Under the pieces are notes generated by a model. The model was not told where the DNA came from. It saw nothing but the letters and a program-made list of their open reading frames with translations, and searched no databases. Both the position numbers and the translations under genes were made by a program. Of a stretch of 64,000 bases of DNA, positions 1 to 13,225 are shown piece after piece (position 1 is the first letter of the stretch; the number at the start of each line of letters is the position of its first letter). Where the stretch lies: contig NC_045138.2 in NCBI RefSeq assembly GCF_008831285.2, positions 4,154,001 through 4,218,000 on the forward strand, read 5' to 3'. The stretch comes from Nymphaea colorata. Its lineage: Eukaryota.

Positions 1-700
1 AACTGATGAGCAGAAAGCAACCCATGATATCAAAAATTGAAACATTCTTATGCAACCTCACAATAGTTAAATCACATTTGCCACCTCAAACTTGAGCCAG
101 GATTGATTCTAAACAGCTAAAGGGACAAGCCCAAATAAGATATGTTCATTAAATCACTCGGGCTCAATGCTGACAATCACAACCTAATTTCAAGCAACTC
201 AAGTAAATTAGTAAACTGATTACATGCTTGTTCTGTTTGTTCAGTTCACCTTCCCAGCCCTAATTTAACATTAGAATTTAGATGACCTGAAACAGGAAAA
301 GCATGGAAAAAGAAAAACTTTACATATGTTTGTAACTCAAGAAAGCCCTTCTTTTAATAAATTCCCAGAGTTCCAGGTGACAGATTAGTATCATGCAAAC
401 AAATTCACAAAAATTACAGAAGACTAGTGTTATAAATTACCATATGCGTTGCCAGAAAATACAATGTTTATAACAGTGAACTGTCCAACATTTAACTAAA
501 ATTTTTCCTCAATGTGCATAGAATAGTAGCTTCTCTCTCATGATCAAAGAATTATGGCTAATCCTATCGTGAAGGCAAATTGTAAGTAAAATATTCATTA
601 TCATAAGAACAGAAAAGGCGATTTGCAGAAAGCAATATTAACACAGAAGAATTTCCAGAGGTGATTGGCAAAGAATACATTTTCAAGAAGAAAAATTAAC

Positions 701-3700
701 CACCTCTAGCAACATCTTTGCATTTCTTCTTGTAGCTCCTGTACAGTTCAATTGCGATAAACGCAATAGCATCCTTTGCACTGGACTCTGGAACTCTCTC
801 AAGAGGTATAGAAATGCGAGGCATTCCTTTAGACACCTGAGCTGTTAGCTTTGCAAATCTGGCACCTAAACGGTACAAATGCACAAAAAGAAGATATCAG
901 ATGCCACCTGACTGGTTAACTATGATCTGTTTGAGCACCATGACGCATACGAGCATATGAACTTAAGCCGCTCTAAGCAACAGATATGTACATTTGAGGA
1001 ATAACTAGCAAACAACTTAGCAATGATATCATCCTCAATCAACAAAAATGGAAAACAAGGGAGCTAAATTAACAGATAGATCAATCCGAACCTGAAGGAA
1101 AAGGAAAAGTTCTATTATCAGTTTCCAGAAAAAAACCTTTTAACTTGTCAACCCTCTCATTTTTGCTTGAACGAATTGTCACAGAAATTAATAAAGCATA
1201 CTTCAATTCACACAAAAAATAGTTCAGCCACCAATGACAAGTTCAGCAAACAAGTATAGCTGACTGCTAGTAATAAAGTAACTTGCAGAAAAGTGATCAT
1301 AAACAAGACATTAGTTAGAAAAATGATCCCCAGGGCTTCAAGCTAGTTCTCTTTACATACCCTACAAAGTCAGATGTATAACAGGAAACAACACAGTAAT
1401 ATAACTGCATAATTCATCTGCTAATCTATTGTCCTTTTGTTGAATTGATGATCAGAGGGCAAATAATTGAAAGATATTCCTGAAAAGAATAGAAGAAATA
1501 CTGGTAACTTCAATCCATACTTATAAACATGCCAAATTCTTGAATTATTGAATGATAAAGCTACATATCCACATACAAAAAAATTCCAAGGAAATTACCC
1601 TACTCCCAAAAACTTGAAATGCCCTGGTGGATTTTGGTAACTTTCAAGTTTAAACTGTCACACAACTTCCAAGGATTGCCAAAGAAATTATATTTATCAA
1701 AACAGACTTTTCGCCTTTCCATAAAGTCATATCAACCCCCGGTTGCAGTCCTTTCCTTATCAAGGCAACAGCATTAAATGCTACCTGCCTGCCCCATAAT
1801 GCATGAGCTGAACTTTGATTGCAAAGAGGGAAACCTCCTTTTAGTATATGATTTATGAGACCATTTCCACTATTCTGGAGAGAGAGAGAGAGAGAAGGTT
1901 GCCAGCCACAGATACTTTCCAGAATTTCTTTCTCAAAAAAGAAAAGGTTTCCGAATTATCATGAGACATTCTTTTACTAAGAATATTCAAAGAATAAGAT
2001 CCTTGTCTTACTCCCAAAACTTTGAGATGCCAAGGTGGATTTTGGGAATTTTAGAGTTTAAAATGCCATACAACTTCCAGGGATGCCAGAGAAGCTCTAC
2101 TAATTTTAAAAGGGACTTTCAGCCTTTTCATAAAGCCATATCAAATAAAATGGAAAAAAATAGATATGTATCCGTGCAACTACACAAGCCATATCAAATA
2201 AAATGAAAGTGCCACATAAAGCTATATTTATCCAAGGATCCCGCTTTTCTTATTTAACTTAAGTAACATTAAATGCTTAAATTTCTATTTATCATTCTGC
2301 GATATGGTTTACATGATTCATACTGATACTTTATGTCTTTTATCATCTTTGGACTTTAAAGGTTATGTTTTTATACTTATTGATGTTATTTAAGTCAATT
2401 AACTCTGTCAACTGGTCTTAAAACCTTTAGGCCTTCACTGACTTTTCTGACTTCCACTGTTGACAAATTAGATCCCGACTTTTGCAAGCTTAATAACCCT
2501 GACCACTATGCCTAACTCTCTTGATGGAGTATTTTCTTAAAGCACTTGCCAAAGATAGAGGTAGACATGGGGCCAAGGTGGTCATACATACATGTACATA
2601 CTATGTACACATAATATGTATGTCTCGTGTCTATGTCACTTGAGTGCGGGGTGCGGGTGCTGGTGTGGGTGTGGATGCAGCAATTTTTCATAAAAAAAGA
2701 TTCGGTGCGGGTGTAGCAAGTGTGTATATGTCTGTGTGTATATATATATGTACATAAAATTATAAATCATTATATATGTATATAAAATTATAAATCATTT
2801 GTTACATAGTTATTTAACTGTTTGGTAGCCTTATTTATTTATATTTATATATAATTTTTGTTGTATTAAAGATAATTTAGTTATGTACAAATTTAAAATG
2901 GTTAGTTTTGACCAGGTTGGGTTGACTGAACCGAAAGTGCTGTGTTAGCACCAACACCAGTGTCAACATGGGTGCGGCAGCCATTTAGAAGCACCCATGT
3001 GACATAGGTGTGAGTGAGTGAGTGTGTGTGTGTGTGTCTGTTAATATTGGACTCAAAAGATAGGATGTTTTAATCCAATTGAAACAAGCTCAAAAGTTGA
3101 ACTTATAAATCCAAATTGAGTTAACAGTGAAAAGAAAATGAAATATCCTATACACTACAATTCCTTTTACACCAAATAACAAAGAAAATAAAAGAAAGAA
3201 ATTGACACATAGAATTTTGGGGGTTTGCACTTATGGAACCCGGCTGCACCAAGTCACAAGTATGGATAATATTTTAAACAATGAAAATGAAAAAAGCAGC
3301 AAATTTATCTTCCACAGATCCTTGGATTCTTTCGACATTTTAACAGACATTGCAAATTTTCACCAATGTTTTTGTAAAAAAGTTAGCAAACAACCTCATA
3401 ATTTCTTAATGTTTATTTTTTATATTTTTTTACTTTTTCAGTTCTCAAGATTCTTCCGACAAAACAAACTTTTCAAATTAATGCCTGAGAAATATTCACC
3501 AATAAAAGCTGGTTTATTTATTACTACGGCTGCACCCAGTTTATGCTACTGTTTCATATGCAACATTCTAACTGTTACATCAGCTTTTGACTAAGGTATA
3601 ACCTAAACTGGCAACATCCTTCCCAAGCTATTCAAGGGATCCCCTTCCTCTCCAATAACAAGACGGTCCTATCAGGTCGTCAACTACTTTAAAATCTGGG

Positions 3701-5378
3701 TCCTATATAACATATAATTGTGCAAACACAAGACAGGAAGAATGGGAAAAGGAGTAAGAGCAATACCATCCGACTTTGCAGGTCCTTCCAGCATAAGCTT
3801 AACATTACTCGATGATATAGAACTCACAAGATAATTTAGAAAGTCAAGCCATGAACCACCAACTCCAACATCATCTTTCTGAATAGGAACAGAAAAATAG
3901 TGAAACACCTTAGTTCCATAACCAGGAAAGCCATAACTAAGCAAGTTGTTCCTCAACCAGAATGGATCAGTATCAGTGCTACCCTAGAAGTTATAAAATG
4001 AAAGTTTATCAAATGAAACACCAAGTAATGGCTAATGAAATAGCTAGATTTAGACCATTGTTTTGAGATGGACTTAAAATCCTAGTGAGGTTGAATGCCT
4101 GCCACTTTCAGGCAGTTTGATACATAAAATCTTATGGCTTTCTAAAAGAACACAAGGAAAGAGAAAAAGCACTTAACTGTACCATTTCTAAATAAGTCAC
4201 ATAAGAAAATAAACTTCTTATCTTTGCTTAAAAATATTTGCTATTTAAATGTTTTGTATATCTTTTATCATGAAATCTAAGAGTGATGACCTGTCAGGTT
4301 CATGTGAATAAAAATAAAAAAATAATTGTGTCATTGCATTTGAACTTTTGAATAGAGTTCCATGACAGAGCCTCATACAATGGCATGGTAATAATTCCAC
4401 AGAAATATGCCGAAGCTCTTCAAACGAAAGTGGCTTATCATGCTTATAGGGGAAAAGAAGCAAAACCATCATCCTTTTTAATGTGTTTCTTCCATGTATT
4501 TCCTGCCAACTGATAAAACTAAGACTGGCATATTCCAAGAAGACAAGGACATCCTTTAGGTCATAATTACAGATATACAAAAGATGTGTGAATCCATAGG
4601 AGATGTGACAAGAAGGCTGTAAAAAGTTGTAAGGAGGGGATGATCTTGATGCACTTGTGTAAGTGAGAGAAAAAATGCAGAAGGCTGTAAAAAGCAAGAC
4701 ATCAACAATAAACTACATAAAAATGAACTTGAAGAATGGTAACTCAGTGAGAAGGTCATTATAATATGCCTTATAAATTTACAGTACAGAAAATGCGCAC
4801 TGAAATAAAGTATAGGAAGAGAGGCAGAAATTAAGATAAAGAGACAAGCGGTAGGAAACTTAATAGGTGACAAGGAATTAATTAACAAAAACAAACTACG
4901 AAGCACGACAGAGGAAGCGTGAGCTTTGATTAACATAAATCAAGCATCACACTAATGAGAGACAAGTCCCTCTTCGGAAGAAGAGTTTCCTGCATGTCGG
5001 CAGTTGAGACAGCTACTTGTAAAAAACATAAACAAGAAACGCTATCATACTATTTCGTGAACAAATAACTAAGAACATTTGCCTACAAAAAACCATGAAA
5101 AAAAAAAATCTACCCTGAGTACTTCCCAGAACAAAACAAGATAGAGAGAGAGAGAGATGTGAAAAAGAAAAATTACTCACCAAGTCTTCAAGATGTTGAA
5201 CAGTACGGATGGCTTGGAATGTGTTGGAATGAAAATCTGTGACCTGTACGCATAATCTTGATTGGTCTAAAGCACGAACGTGAAAAACGTACTCCCGCAA
5301 AGGAATAGAGCTTGCACTCGACCACTCGGGTTCACATTCCCCAAAAATGGCCTCGAATCCCTTAAAATTATTCGCCAT
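701..5378 (-). CDS. PAXX: At5g64010-family protein ('U2 snRNP auxiliary factor-like' annotation; plant PAXX-like NHEJ factor), partial: coding exons 5378-5181, 3878-3767, 865-~701/704; 3' exons probably left of the window
   Basis: The spliced peptide is MANNFKGFEAIFGECEPEW...FHVRALDQSRLCVQVTDFHSNTF...LEDL|KDDVGVGGSWLDFLNYLVSSISSSNVKLMLEG...DG|ARFAKLTAQVSKGMPRISIPLERVPESSAKDAIAFIAIELY. It matches recalled At5g64010 motifs (FEPIFGE, HVTDF, DxVGIGGSWSEF, QKAKGMPRI). GT-AG sites and phases fit (0, then 1). The last donor is ambiguous (AG|GTGG or GG|GTTA). A probable 5'UTR intron lies at ~5817-5444. The PAXX symbol is from recalled literature. Confidence 0.8.
1601..2280. repeat. Old intronic direct duplication (1601-~1782 vs 2009-~2277)
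   Basis: tactcccaaaa...gtggattttgg...caacttcca...ataaag(t/c)catatcaa...cattaaatgct occurs twice with many substitutions. Confidence 0.7.
2631..3007. mobile_element. Non-autonomous TIR element (CTATGTCAC...GTGACATAG, GGTGCG subterminal repeats)
   Basis: Terminal inverted repeats are present. A related copy lies in opposite orientation at 21658-21989. Confidence 0.7.
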
Positions 5379-8300
5379 CGGAGCTCCAGAAAGCAGACTG
5401 TCAGGCTAATAGCTCAATCGATGGATATCTGCATTCCAACCGCCTATATAACAAGCATCAAAATGCAACCAAATGCGTCATGGTACAGCAAATAAACCTT
5501 GTCACTTGGATCAAATGAAACCTACATCAAGGAATCAAAAAAAAAAAAGCATAAGCAAGCGAATCAAACAAGACAATACCCAGAATGGCAATCCAGTAAA
5601 ACCGATGAATGTGAGAGATGGGACTCCCAAACCAAGATACATACATGGATTTCAAATACATTTACACATACAAACAAATTTAACTGGGAAAAACTTAACA
5701 AGAAGACAGAAGAGTATAATATGTCACAACCTGAATCAGAAGCGGAAAAAGTACAAAAACAGAGGCAAGAACAAAGGGAAAGCATGCAGCAAACATGCTT
5801 AGAAACGAGAGATAAACCTTCTCCAACTTGATATTAGTTCACCAGAATGAAGAAAAACCATTTGGGTCGTCTTCCGCGAAAGAGGGATGGAGGCAATTGG
5901 AGCTTTATCATATCAGGGAATTCGTGTTGTTTTACTGCGCGAGTGATTGTAGCCGCCTTAACGAGTGTACATGCGGAGAAGGACGTGTGGGGCTTTAATG
6001 CCGGCTGCGTGATTATTCCGTTCTGACGAGCGGTGAAGGCATTTTTGTTTTCCTGTAAAAAGCAATTTTGTTATTCTTCCGATTTATAAAGTTTTTTTTT
6101 CTTTTTTCTCTTGGTTTTTCATGAGGTTATAATGTGGGGTTTGCTTGTCAGAAGGTATTTTTGTCTTTTTCAGAAAGAAATTAATTTTTTACTCTTTCAA
6201 TTTTATCCCCTTTTTTTCCTTTTTTCCCTTTGTAGAACCTGACGGTTTTTTATTCTTTTACCTTTAATGGTTACACTGTGACTGCAGAAGGTATTTTATA
6301 GTTAAAGCCAATTTTACTGTAATGGTATTTTTTCTTTGTGTGAGGTTTCACTCTTAAGGGTTCTTTTTCTCCTTTTCCTTTTCAGGTGTTTCTTTTTCAT
6401 TTTTTTATTCTTTTATTTGAGCCATTTTCAATTTTTTTCTTTGGTATTTCTATTTTGGTGTGGTCACTTGTCCAAAACCCTAAAAAAAAGTTATTTTTTG
6501 AATAGAATGGAACTACATATTTAGCGTTTTTAAATAACAAAAATAATTTTTTTCTCCCCTCGAGTTGGGACCACATACAAAATATCTTTTTAATAAAATG
6601 AAACAAGAAGTTCCCCTCAACATCAACATTGACGGACGCAGGTTTTATAACTAAACCCAAAGTATATGTTAGAATTGAAATGGCTCAATTACTCTTGCTG
6701 GTTAAATTTTTTTGCAAAAAAAAAAAAACTTTCCTTAATAAGTTTCAAAATGAAATATGATTTTTTTCTCTCATAAAAGTATCATAATGTTTCTCCAATA
6801 AAAGGTGGAAACATGTCACTTCATATTATTTTCATGAAAAGCATTCTTGAGTCTGAGTGAGGAGTAAAAGTATTTCATCGTTTCACCCAAATTAGATAGG
6901 AAGCTTCCATTTTGGTTGGAGGGAAATGGATGGAAATTAAAGAAAACAACAATCAATCAAAAAAATGAAAGCAAAAAAGTTTGTTTAGTTGCAAAGGGAG
7001 GGAAAGGAAAAAGAGCTCTAATGTAAATCTAATTCATTTAAAATTGAAGGAATTAAAAAGGAAACGAAAAGTTTATTCCTTTTTACCGTGTATACCATTT
7101 CCACTCGCCTGTAGAAGAGACATCAACCGACCTTGCGTGGCTCTTTCTCTCCCTCTTTGCCGCTGGTCAAGACTTCAATAGGCATTGGGCTTGTCTCTCT
7201 CTTCCTTCCCGACACTGCTCAAGACTTAGGTGATATTTTACAATGGCTTCTTTACCAAAATCAAGTTTTTATCATTTTTATGTCATCCAATTAGTGCACC
7301 TGAAAATTTATTTGATTGATATAAATTTTTATCATATTTATTACTATAGAATGAAAAATGTCGATATAGGATGTTGTTTTCGCCATAGTTTAACTTAAAC
7401 TATGTAGTGATGACCTCTTTTTTTTGCAGCATAAAGAGTTATCATTTAAAACGAATACTAGCCGCTTATCAACCTCCACACCATATGTTGCGCCAATCCC
7501 TTAGGAACCTCGAGTCTCGACTTGACCATGCTAGAAAACAATGTATTGAAATTTATTGCTGAATCTTGCAGTTCGCCATCGGGTGAACATTCGATTTCAT
7601 TGCTTGTCCTTGCTGCTTGCCAGAGCACCAATGCTCTCTTTCTTTCAAAAACCCTATTTTCTTAACCCAGCAATTACTTGCAACCAAAGAATTACCCACT
7701 GTTGACAGTCTAAGCAAAGCGAGTTACCACCAAAACCTCCATTATTGACCCAAAGAAAAGAAACAAACAAACACAAAAGAAATTAACTTCACATTGGTTG
7801 CAGTGTGAACATTAACCAAGAACAACATTTTGATTTACGTGACCACAATAAGAAATCAAGACTGAAAAAACAATGTTAAAGATCAAAGGAACAACGTATA
7901 ATATCTATCACATTTCCAAAAAGAAAAAATCAAAATAAACTTTTAGGGAAAAAGTAAAAAGGATGATATGTAACATTGTTTTTTTACAATCTTAAATATA
8001 GCTTTTTACATGGACTTTGATTAAGATGATCAGTTTGTTTAGACTGAAGATTACAAGTTTATTTAAATGAGGATCTTTCAAAGCACACTTTTTGATACGG
8101 TTTGAAATGTAAGAAGTGAGACTATATAGTGACATTCTTTATTATCCCCTAATTATCCATACCTTGGATTGAAAGACCTTTAAGAATGTGTTTTGATGGA
8201 TGAAAACAGATGGGGGAAAACAGAATAAAGGTGAGGGAATTTGGATGGAGGGGAATGGAGGATGAAATGGAAAGAAAGTTTTTTTTTTTTTTTTTTGTGT

Positions 8301-8439
8301 GTAGGTGAGAGCTAATAGAAAAGAAAGGAAGAAAACGAAAGTTACCCACTTCCCCTTCTCAGGTTAAAAAGAAAAACTTTTTTGAGAGTGACAACTTTAG
8401 AAACGAAAGTTACCCACTTCCTCTCACCCCATTCGCTCC

Positions 8440-9951
8440 CCCACTTACCGTCCTTCTCCACCCTTCAGTATGTTGATGATTTTCTTTTGTTCGGCAGTAC
8501 TTCTCGCCAGCAGGTTGTGAGAACTTGGCTCATCCTTCGGGTCTTTAAGCTCATCTCAGGTCTTTCTATCAATTCCGCCAAATGTCACCTCTCCTTCATT
8601 CACGCGGATCCGGCCACGGTACTTCTCGCGGAAGCTTGTTTTGGGTGTAAGGCTACTAGTCTGCCCATGGACTATCTGGGGCTTCAGATTACGTTGTCGC
8701 CTCCTGCTCCTTCTTTTTGGGATGGGGTGGAGCAGAAGCTTACGGATCGCCTTCAGTGTTGGCAGGGAAAGCTGCTTTCTCTTCCAGGTCGGATTACTTT
8801 GGCTAAGCACTGCCTCGCGTCGGTTCCTCTCCATGCTTTGTCTGTCTTTCGGCCTCCTGTGGCTGTCTTGCGTAGGTTTGATAAGCTTATTCGTAAGTTT
8901 GTTTGGGATGGTGATCGACCTTCAGATCGCCTTGCGCCTTGGGATGTGGTTGTCTTTCCGCGTCTTCTTGGGGGTGCTGGGGTTACCAACCTTAGTCGGG
9001 CTTGTGAGTCTTCCCTGTGTTCTTGGTGGTGGCGGTTAGCTACTGAACATTCTCCCATCACCCAGTTCATTAGTTCAAAATTCGACCTGCCTTCCCCTAG
9101 CGTCTGGCATAGTTCTATATCTCACATCTCCCCTTCCCACTTTTGGTCCGACATGCTTTCTGTCCTTCCTCTTTTCCTTCGCCTTGCTGACCTCTCATCG
9201 TTCACGTCCCCATCCTGACCCCTTTCACCTACCCGTGAGTTCACTTTTTCTTCTTGCTACCTGGCCTCCTTTGGTCCCTCTGTCGCGTCACTCCCCCCTC
9301 GGTCTCTTTGGTCTCCTGGCCCATCTCATCGAGCCATTGCTTTTGTCTGGCTTCTTCTGACTGGCCATATCAACACTTTTGATCACGTACAGCGCCTTGG
9401 CATCAGTTTGGCTAACCAGTGTCCCTTATGTCTTGTTGCGACTGAGTCTAGGGTCCACCTTTTTACTTCTTGCCCTTTTTTCTTTAGTGTCCTTGCTTAT
9501 ACTTGGCCTTTCCTTGTTAGTAATCTTCCAAACCCACCATCCATTCGTCTTTTCTTCCTCTTTTGTCCTTCCCCCCACCTGACTGCTTCTTGGGGTCATG
9601 TCTGGAGGCCGTGGCTCATTTCAGCTTGGTGGCGCATTTGGGTGGAGCGCAACAACAGGGTCTTCAGGGGCATCTTCTCTTCACCAGATTCTGTGGCTCG
9701 TCTTGTGCAAGGGGATATCCAGTTCGCCATTCGGATAAAGCGCCGCCGCCTGACTGCGGTTGGGTGACTGTGCCGTTTCGTCTTTCTTCTTCTCTCTTAT
9801 TTTTCTGTGCATTGTATTGTTTATTTGTTCCTCCTGCTTGCGTAATTTTGTTCTTTGCGGATTGTTTTTATATTTAGGGGACCTCTTGTCCCAAATTTTG
9901 TTATATATTCCCATTTTATCGGCTCTCTCTCTCTCTCTCTCTATATATATA
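8440..9951 (+). mobile_element. 5'-truncated L1-type LINE (RT C-terminal half plus zf-RVT), one in-frame stop
   Basis: Motifs LQYVDDFLLF, SGLSINSAKC, LPMDYLGL, WQGKLLSLPGRITL, GGAGVTNL. The same frame continues after TGA 9216-9218 into LANQCPLCLVATESRVHLFTSCP and WRIWVERNNRVF, with stop at 9767. The 3' end runs into (CT)n(AT)n at ~9923-9951. Confidence 0.92.
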
Positions 9952-10885
9952 TGGTTCTTTTTAGTTTTATTTCAAAGTTAATCCCAATATTTTAAGTATT
10001 TTCCATAACATGTCTCCATTAGTTATTTTCTTTTTTTTTTTTACATTTTTTGTTAAGACATTTTTTGTTAGTGTTACATATAGGATTAGATATTTAATTT
10101 GCTTTTTCAACTACAATTTTTGCATATCATTTTCTAAGTTAATTACATTTTAGTTAGTCAATTTTTGATATTTTATTTTATGTTTTACCATATTCGAAAT
10201 TGTTTTGACTTAAGATAAAAGAATATATCTGCAAATATATTTGAGGATCGTAAGGGCAATCTTGTAAATTAAATTAGATGTTTTCATTTCCTTTCCTTCC
10301 TATGAAAACTTGCTTTTATAATATAAAAAGTTTTTCTTTTCTTTCATTTCCATTTTTCCCCCTCATTAATCTTTTTCTTTTTTTTGTCCTTCTTTAAAAT
10401 CGTTTCCTTTCCAACATTGTGTAGCGATTGGTAAAACCCTTCTTCAATTGCAAGAAAGTCTTGGGGAAAAAGAATCACAAATTCTCTTAAATATTCTTGG
10501 ACATCGGAAATGACCCTAATGGCATGCTCAAGGGCCCAGCTCGTCCTTCACTCGCACCAACGAGTTTTCCAACTATGTCTTAAGTAGCTCTTATGCCATC
10601 TCACAATAATTTTATCTATTGACTTCCAACTTTGAAACAATTTGGATCAAAGGACATTGCCTCACTTGTATAGTTTTATCTTAAAAACGGCTGCTCGATT
10701 TAATAGGTTATTTTTTTCCGGTTGACTATATCAAGTTTTTTGCGGATGAGTGATGAGCAATTGGAGAAGGAAGTCCAAGATTTTGTTCATTATTCTAGAG
10801 TAGGCAACATGTTTCCCGTTGTGTTCAAGCTATCTGGTCGACATGGTAGTGGTGTGCCATTGTTGTTCTACATGATTCTCTGGTA

Positions 10886-11068
10886 TAGGGGTGGAGCCAG
10901 GATTTTCTTCAGGGGCGGGCTGACAATCCAACATATGAATTCGGATAGAGCCAAACTGAATTCTAATACATAAAATACATTATGCAATTAAAAAATATTA
11001 TGTTTTTCAATGAAAAAAAAAAATCATTGGTTGGGGTGGGGCCATGGCTTAACCCCCTCCGCCCTATG
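10886..11068. mobile_element. MITE, (C/T)AGGGGCGGAGCC-type TIR family
   Basis: taggggtggagcc...ctccgccctatg. Same family as the copies at 13047 and 43147. Confidence 0.65.
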
Positions 11069-11071
11069 TCG

Positions 11072-12325
11072 TGTCAGGACACGACATGCAGAGGCCACTC
11101 AATGGCTACAATAACATAATTTCAATCCCATGCAAGGCATCCTCAAACATGTCACTTACATTCATAAGCACAACAGTTACATGCACATCAATCATGTACA
11201 TTTCCATCACATACATTTCAGTTTCAATACTATCAGTGAATTTACAGTTCCTGTGGGTGCAAATACAGGCACGTGCACACCGCGGGCGGCCTACAGTCGA
11301 GAGACAACCCTCGTGATTATGTTGGAGAAGCGTTGATTCATGGCTATAATGATCATTTGCGTATGATGGGTTAATTTTTGAAGCAACAGGGAAGCATGGT
11401 AAAAATTGAGATGTTGTGGGGAAAATTTAGAACCGTTGTTGCGAGCACGTGGCGCATGCTTTTGTGAATGAATGTATTTTGGCGTTATTTAGGGAAGAAT
11501 ACGTATATTGGATGTATCTTTGGGGTAGACGCTTTAACTATAGAAAGCATGTAAGAAGTATTAAGGATGAAGTGATTGAAGCATTGTGTTTTGACGTTAG
11601 TAGCATGCAACGGCAAGAGGTTGGGAAGTGGCCTATTGGAGAGCTTGTACGTTGACACTACTAGTCGACACCCTCTTGAGGCGATGACACGCACATTCAT
11701 TCACGGAACAATCAATCAATTCACATCACAAATCCTAGGATCTCATGATCCTAGGAACACACATTCACACACTTGCCCAGGCAGGGACTTGCCTGGAAAG
11801 TCGCCATACATGTGGCGTGCTCACAACACTCTTCAAAATGCCTTGAACTTCGAATCAGGTAGCTCAAGGTCGACGGGACGTGCCCGGTGCACCTGAAAAC
11901 ATAAACAAAAGATAAGATTTCTACTAGTTATCATCCTCAGGTTCCCATGTGCTCTCATTCAATCCATGGTACTGCCATTCCACCTTTACTAAAGGAATTC
12001 TTTTCGTGCGAAGCACTTGCTCTCTTTGATCCACAATTCTAATAGGCCTATCTTCCATCGTCAAATCATCTTGCACTTGAATACCTTGAAAATCAAAGTA
12101 CCCACATCTGTTCTCTACGACGAATGTCGGCATAGCTTTTCTATCTATTCTAAGCAGTCAACAACTTTTTCCTTATCAATTGCACTTGGTCGGTGTAGTG
12201 TTTCAAAACTAAAGGGTTTTCGATCTTATCATCACCCAATTCGGTCCAACCAGCTGGCGATTTGCACGGCCTTCCATACAAAGCCTCAAAATGTGTCATC
12301 CCAATACTAGAGTGGTAATCTTTGG
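11072..12325 (-). mobile_element. Ty3/gypsy chromovirus (Del/Tekay-like) remnant: integrase C-terminus, chromodomain and downstream/LTR sequence
   Basis: YHSSIGMTHFEALYGRPCKSP (12320-12150) and DDLTMEDRPIRIVDQREQVLRTKRIPLVKVEW...STWEPED (12133-11924). The left boundary is approximate. Confidence 0.85.
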
Positions 12326-12329
12326 TAGG

Positions 12330-12775
12330 TATGGATATACAACAAGTTAAGCTTACTCGGGCTTGACTCAAAATCACCTATGTAAGCTCAACTCAAAGAG
12401 TGATTCCTTCAATAAACAAGTCAAGCTTGAGCTTGAGCTAAAACTTGAGTTATAAATGAGTCAATTCAAGCTACACCAACTGGACTCATTGAAGCTCGAC
12501 TCAGATCATGTCTTCCTTGTTTGTTAATCTTCATGGTACGTTGGTAATTTTGATGAATTTTAATACACTTTCTGTGTTTTTTATTTGCATTTAATGAAAA
12601 ATAATATGAATCAAGTGTTAAGAGCTTAAACTAGTTGAGCTTGAGTCCGGACTCAGTTTACCGAGACAAGCTTGAACCTGCCTCATAAGGCTCGAGTCAA
12701 GCTCGAGCTTAGCAATATGTGACTCGAGCGGAGATTGAGCTGGCTGAGCTCTTGCTCACTCATTGTACATTCCTA
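12330..12775. mobile_element. hAT-like non-autonomous element with GAGCTCGA/CTCGAG subterminal repeats
   Basis: Degenerate TIRs tatggatatacaa / ttgtacattccta (Ac-like TAGGGATG). Related pieces at ~17250-17578, ~20460-20600 and ~60620-60815. No TSD recovered. Confidence 0.6.
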
Positions 12776-13046
12776 CTAACAGCGCGAAGGAGACAACCAA
12801 CTGGATTCTTATTTGCCCTAACATCATTGGTCACAAAGGTTTTGAAGGCTTCCCAAGACTTGGTGGGCATTGCCTACTCACTTAGACAATGTTATATCTT
12901 CACACATAACTCAGGCTGAAAAAAGGGAAAGTTGAAATAACTTGAAGCTTATTTTCTAAACTAGCATTTTCATAGTCATTCTTAAAGACCTGTTTGAATA
13001 GAGAGGTCTGCCATGACAGCATTTTTTACAATCTTAGTCTCCTATA

Positions 13047-13225
13047 TAGGGGGAGAGCCCAGGGGCCCCGCAGGGACCTGACCCCCACTAAAAAAAAAAC
13101 ATGTAAATTTTAGAAAATTTCACTTGTTCTGTATAAAAATTTTGAAAATTGATATTTCGGCCCCTGTCAAAATTTAAAAACTTTAATTCGGTTTCCCTCA
13201 TGAAAAATTTCTGGCTCCACCCTTG
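13047..13225. mobile_element. hAT-type MITE with 8-bp TSD
   Basis: TIRs tagggggagagcc / ggctccacccttg. Flanks CTCCTATA and CTCGTATA match 7/8. Confidence 0.75.

Noticed and set aside
250..286. Possible small exon 4 of the PAXX-like gene (ttttcctgtttcag acceptor)
   Set aside because: Splice-like signals are present, but the peptide has no recognisable similarity to the family, so it cannot be supported.
3202..4936. ORFs of 126-150 aa
   Set aside because: They lie in introns of the PAXX-like gene, are low complexity and have no convincing domain. At most they are highly decayed LINE traces.
8556..9070. Overlapping and antisense ORFs of 92-132 aa
   Set aside because: Shadow frames of the GC-richer LINE ORF2.
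12330..12775. CRISPR-like periodic short repeats (also at 17250-17578, 38029-38460, 44195-44722)
   Set aside because: The motifs are degenerate and irregularly spaced inside TIR-bounded elements, with no unique spacers and no cas genes. They are transposon subterminal repeats.
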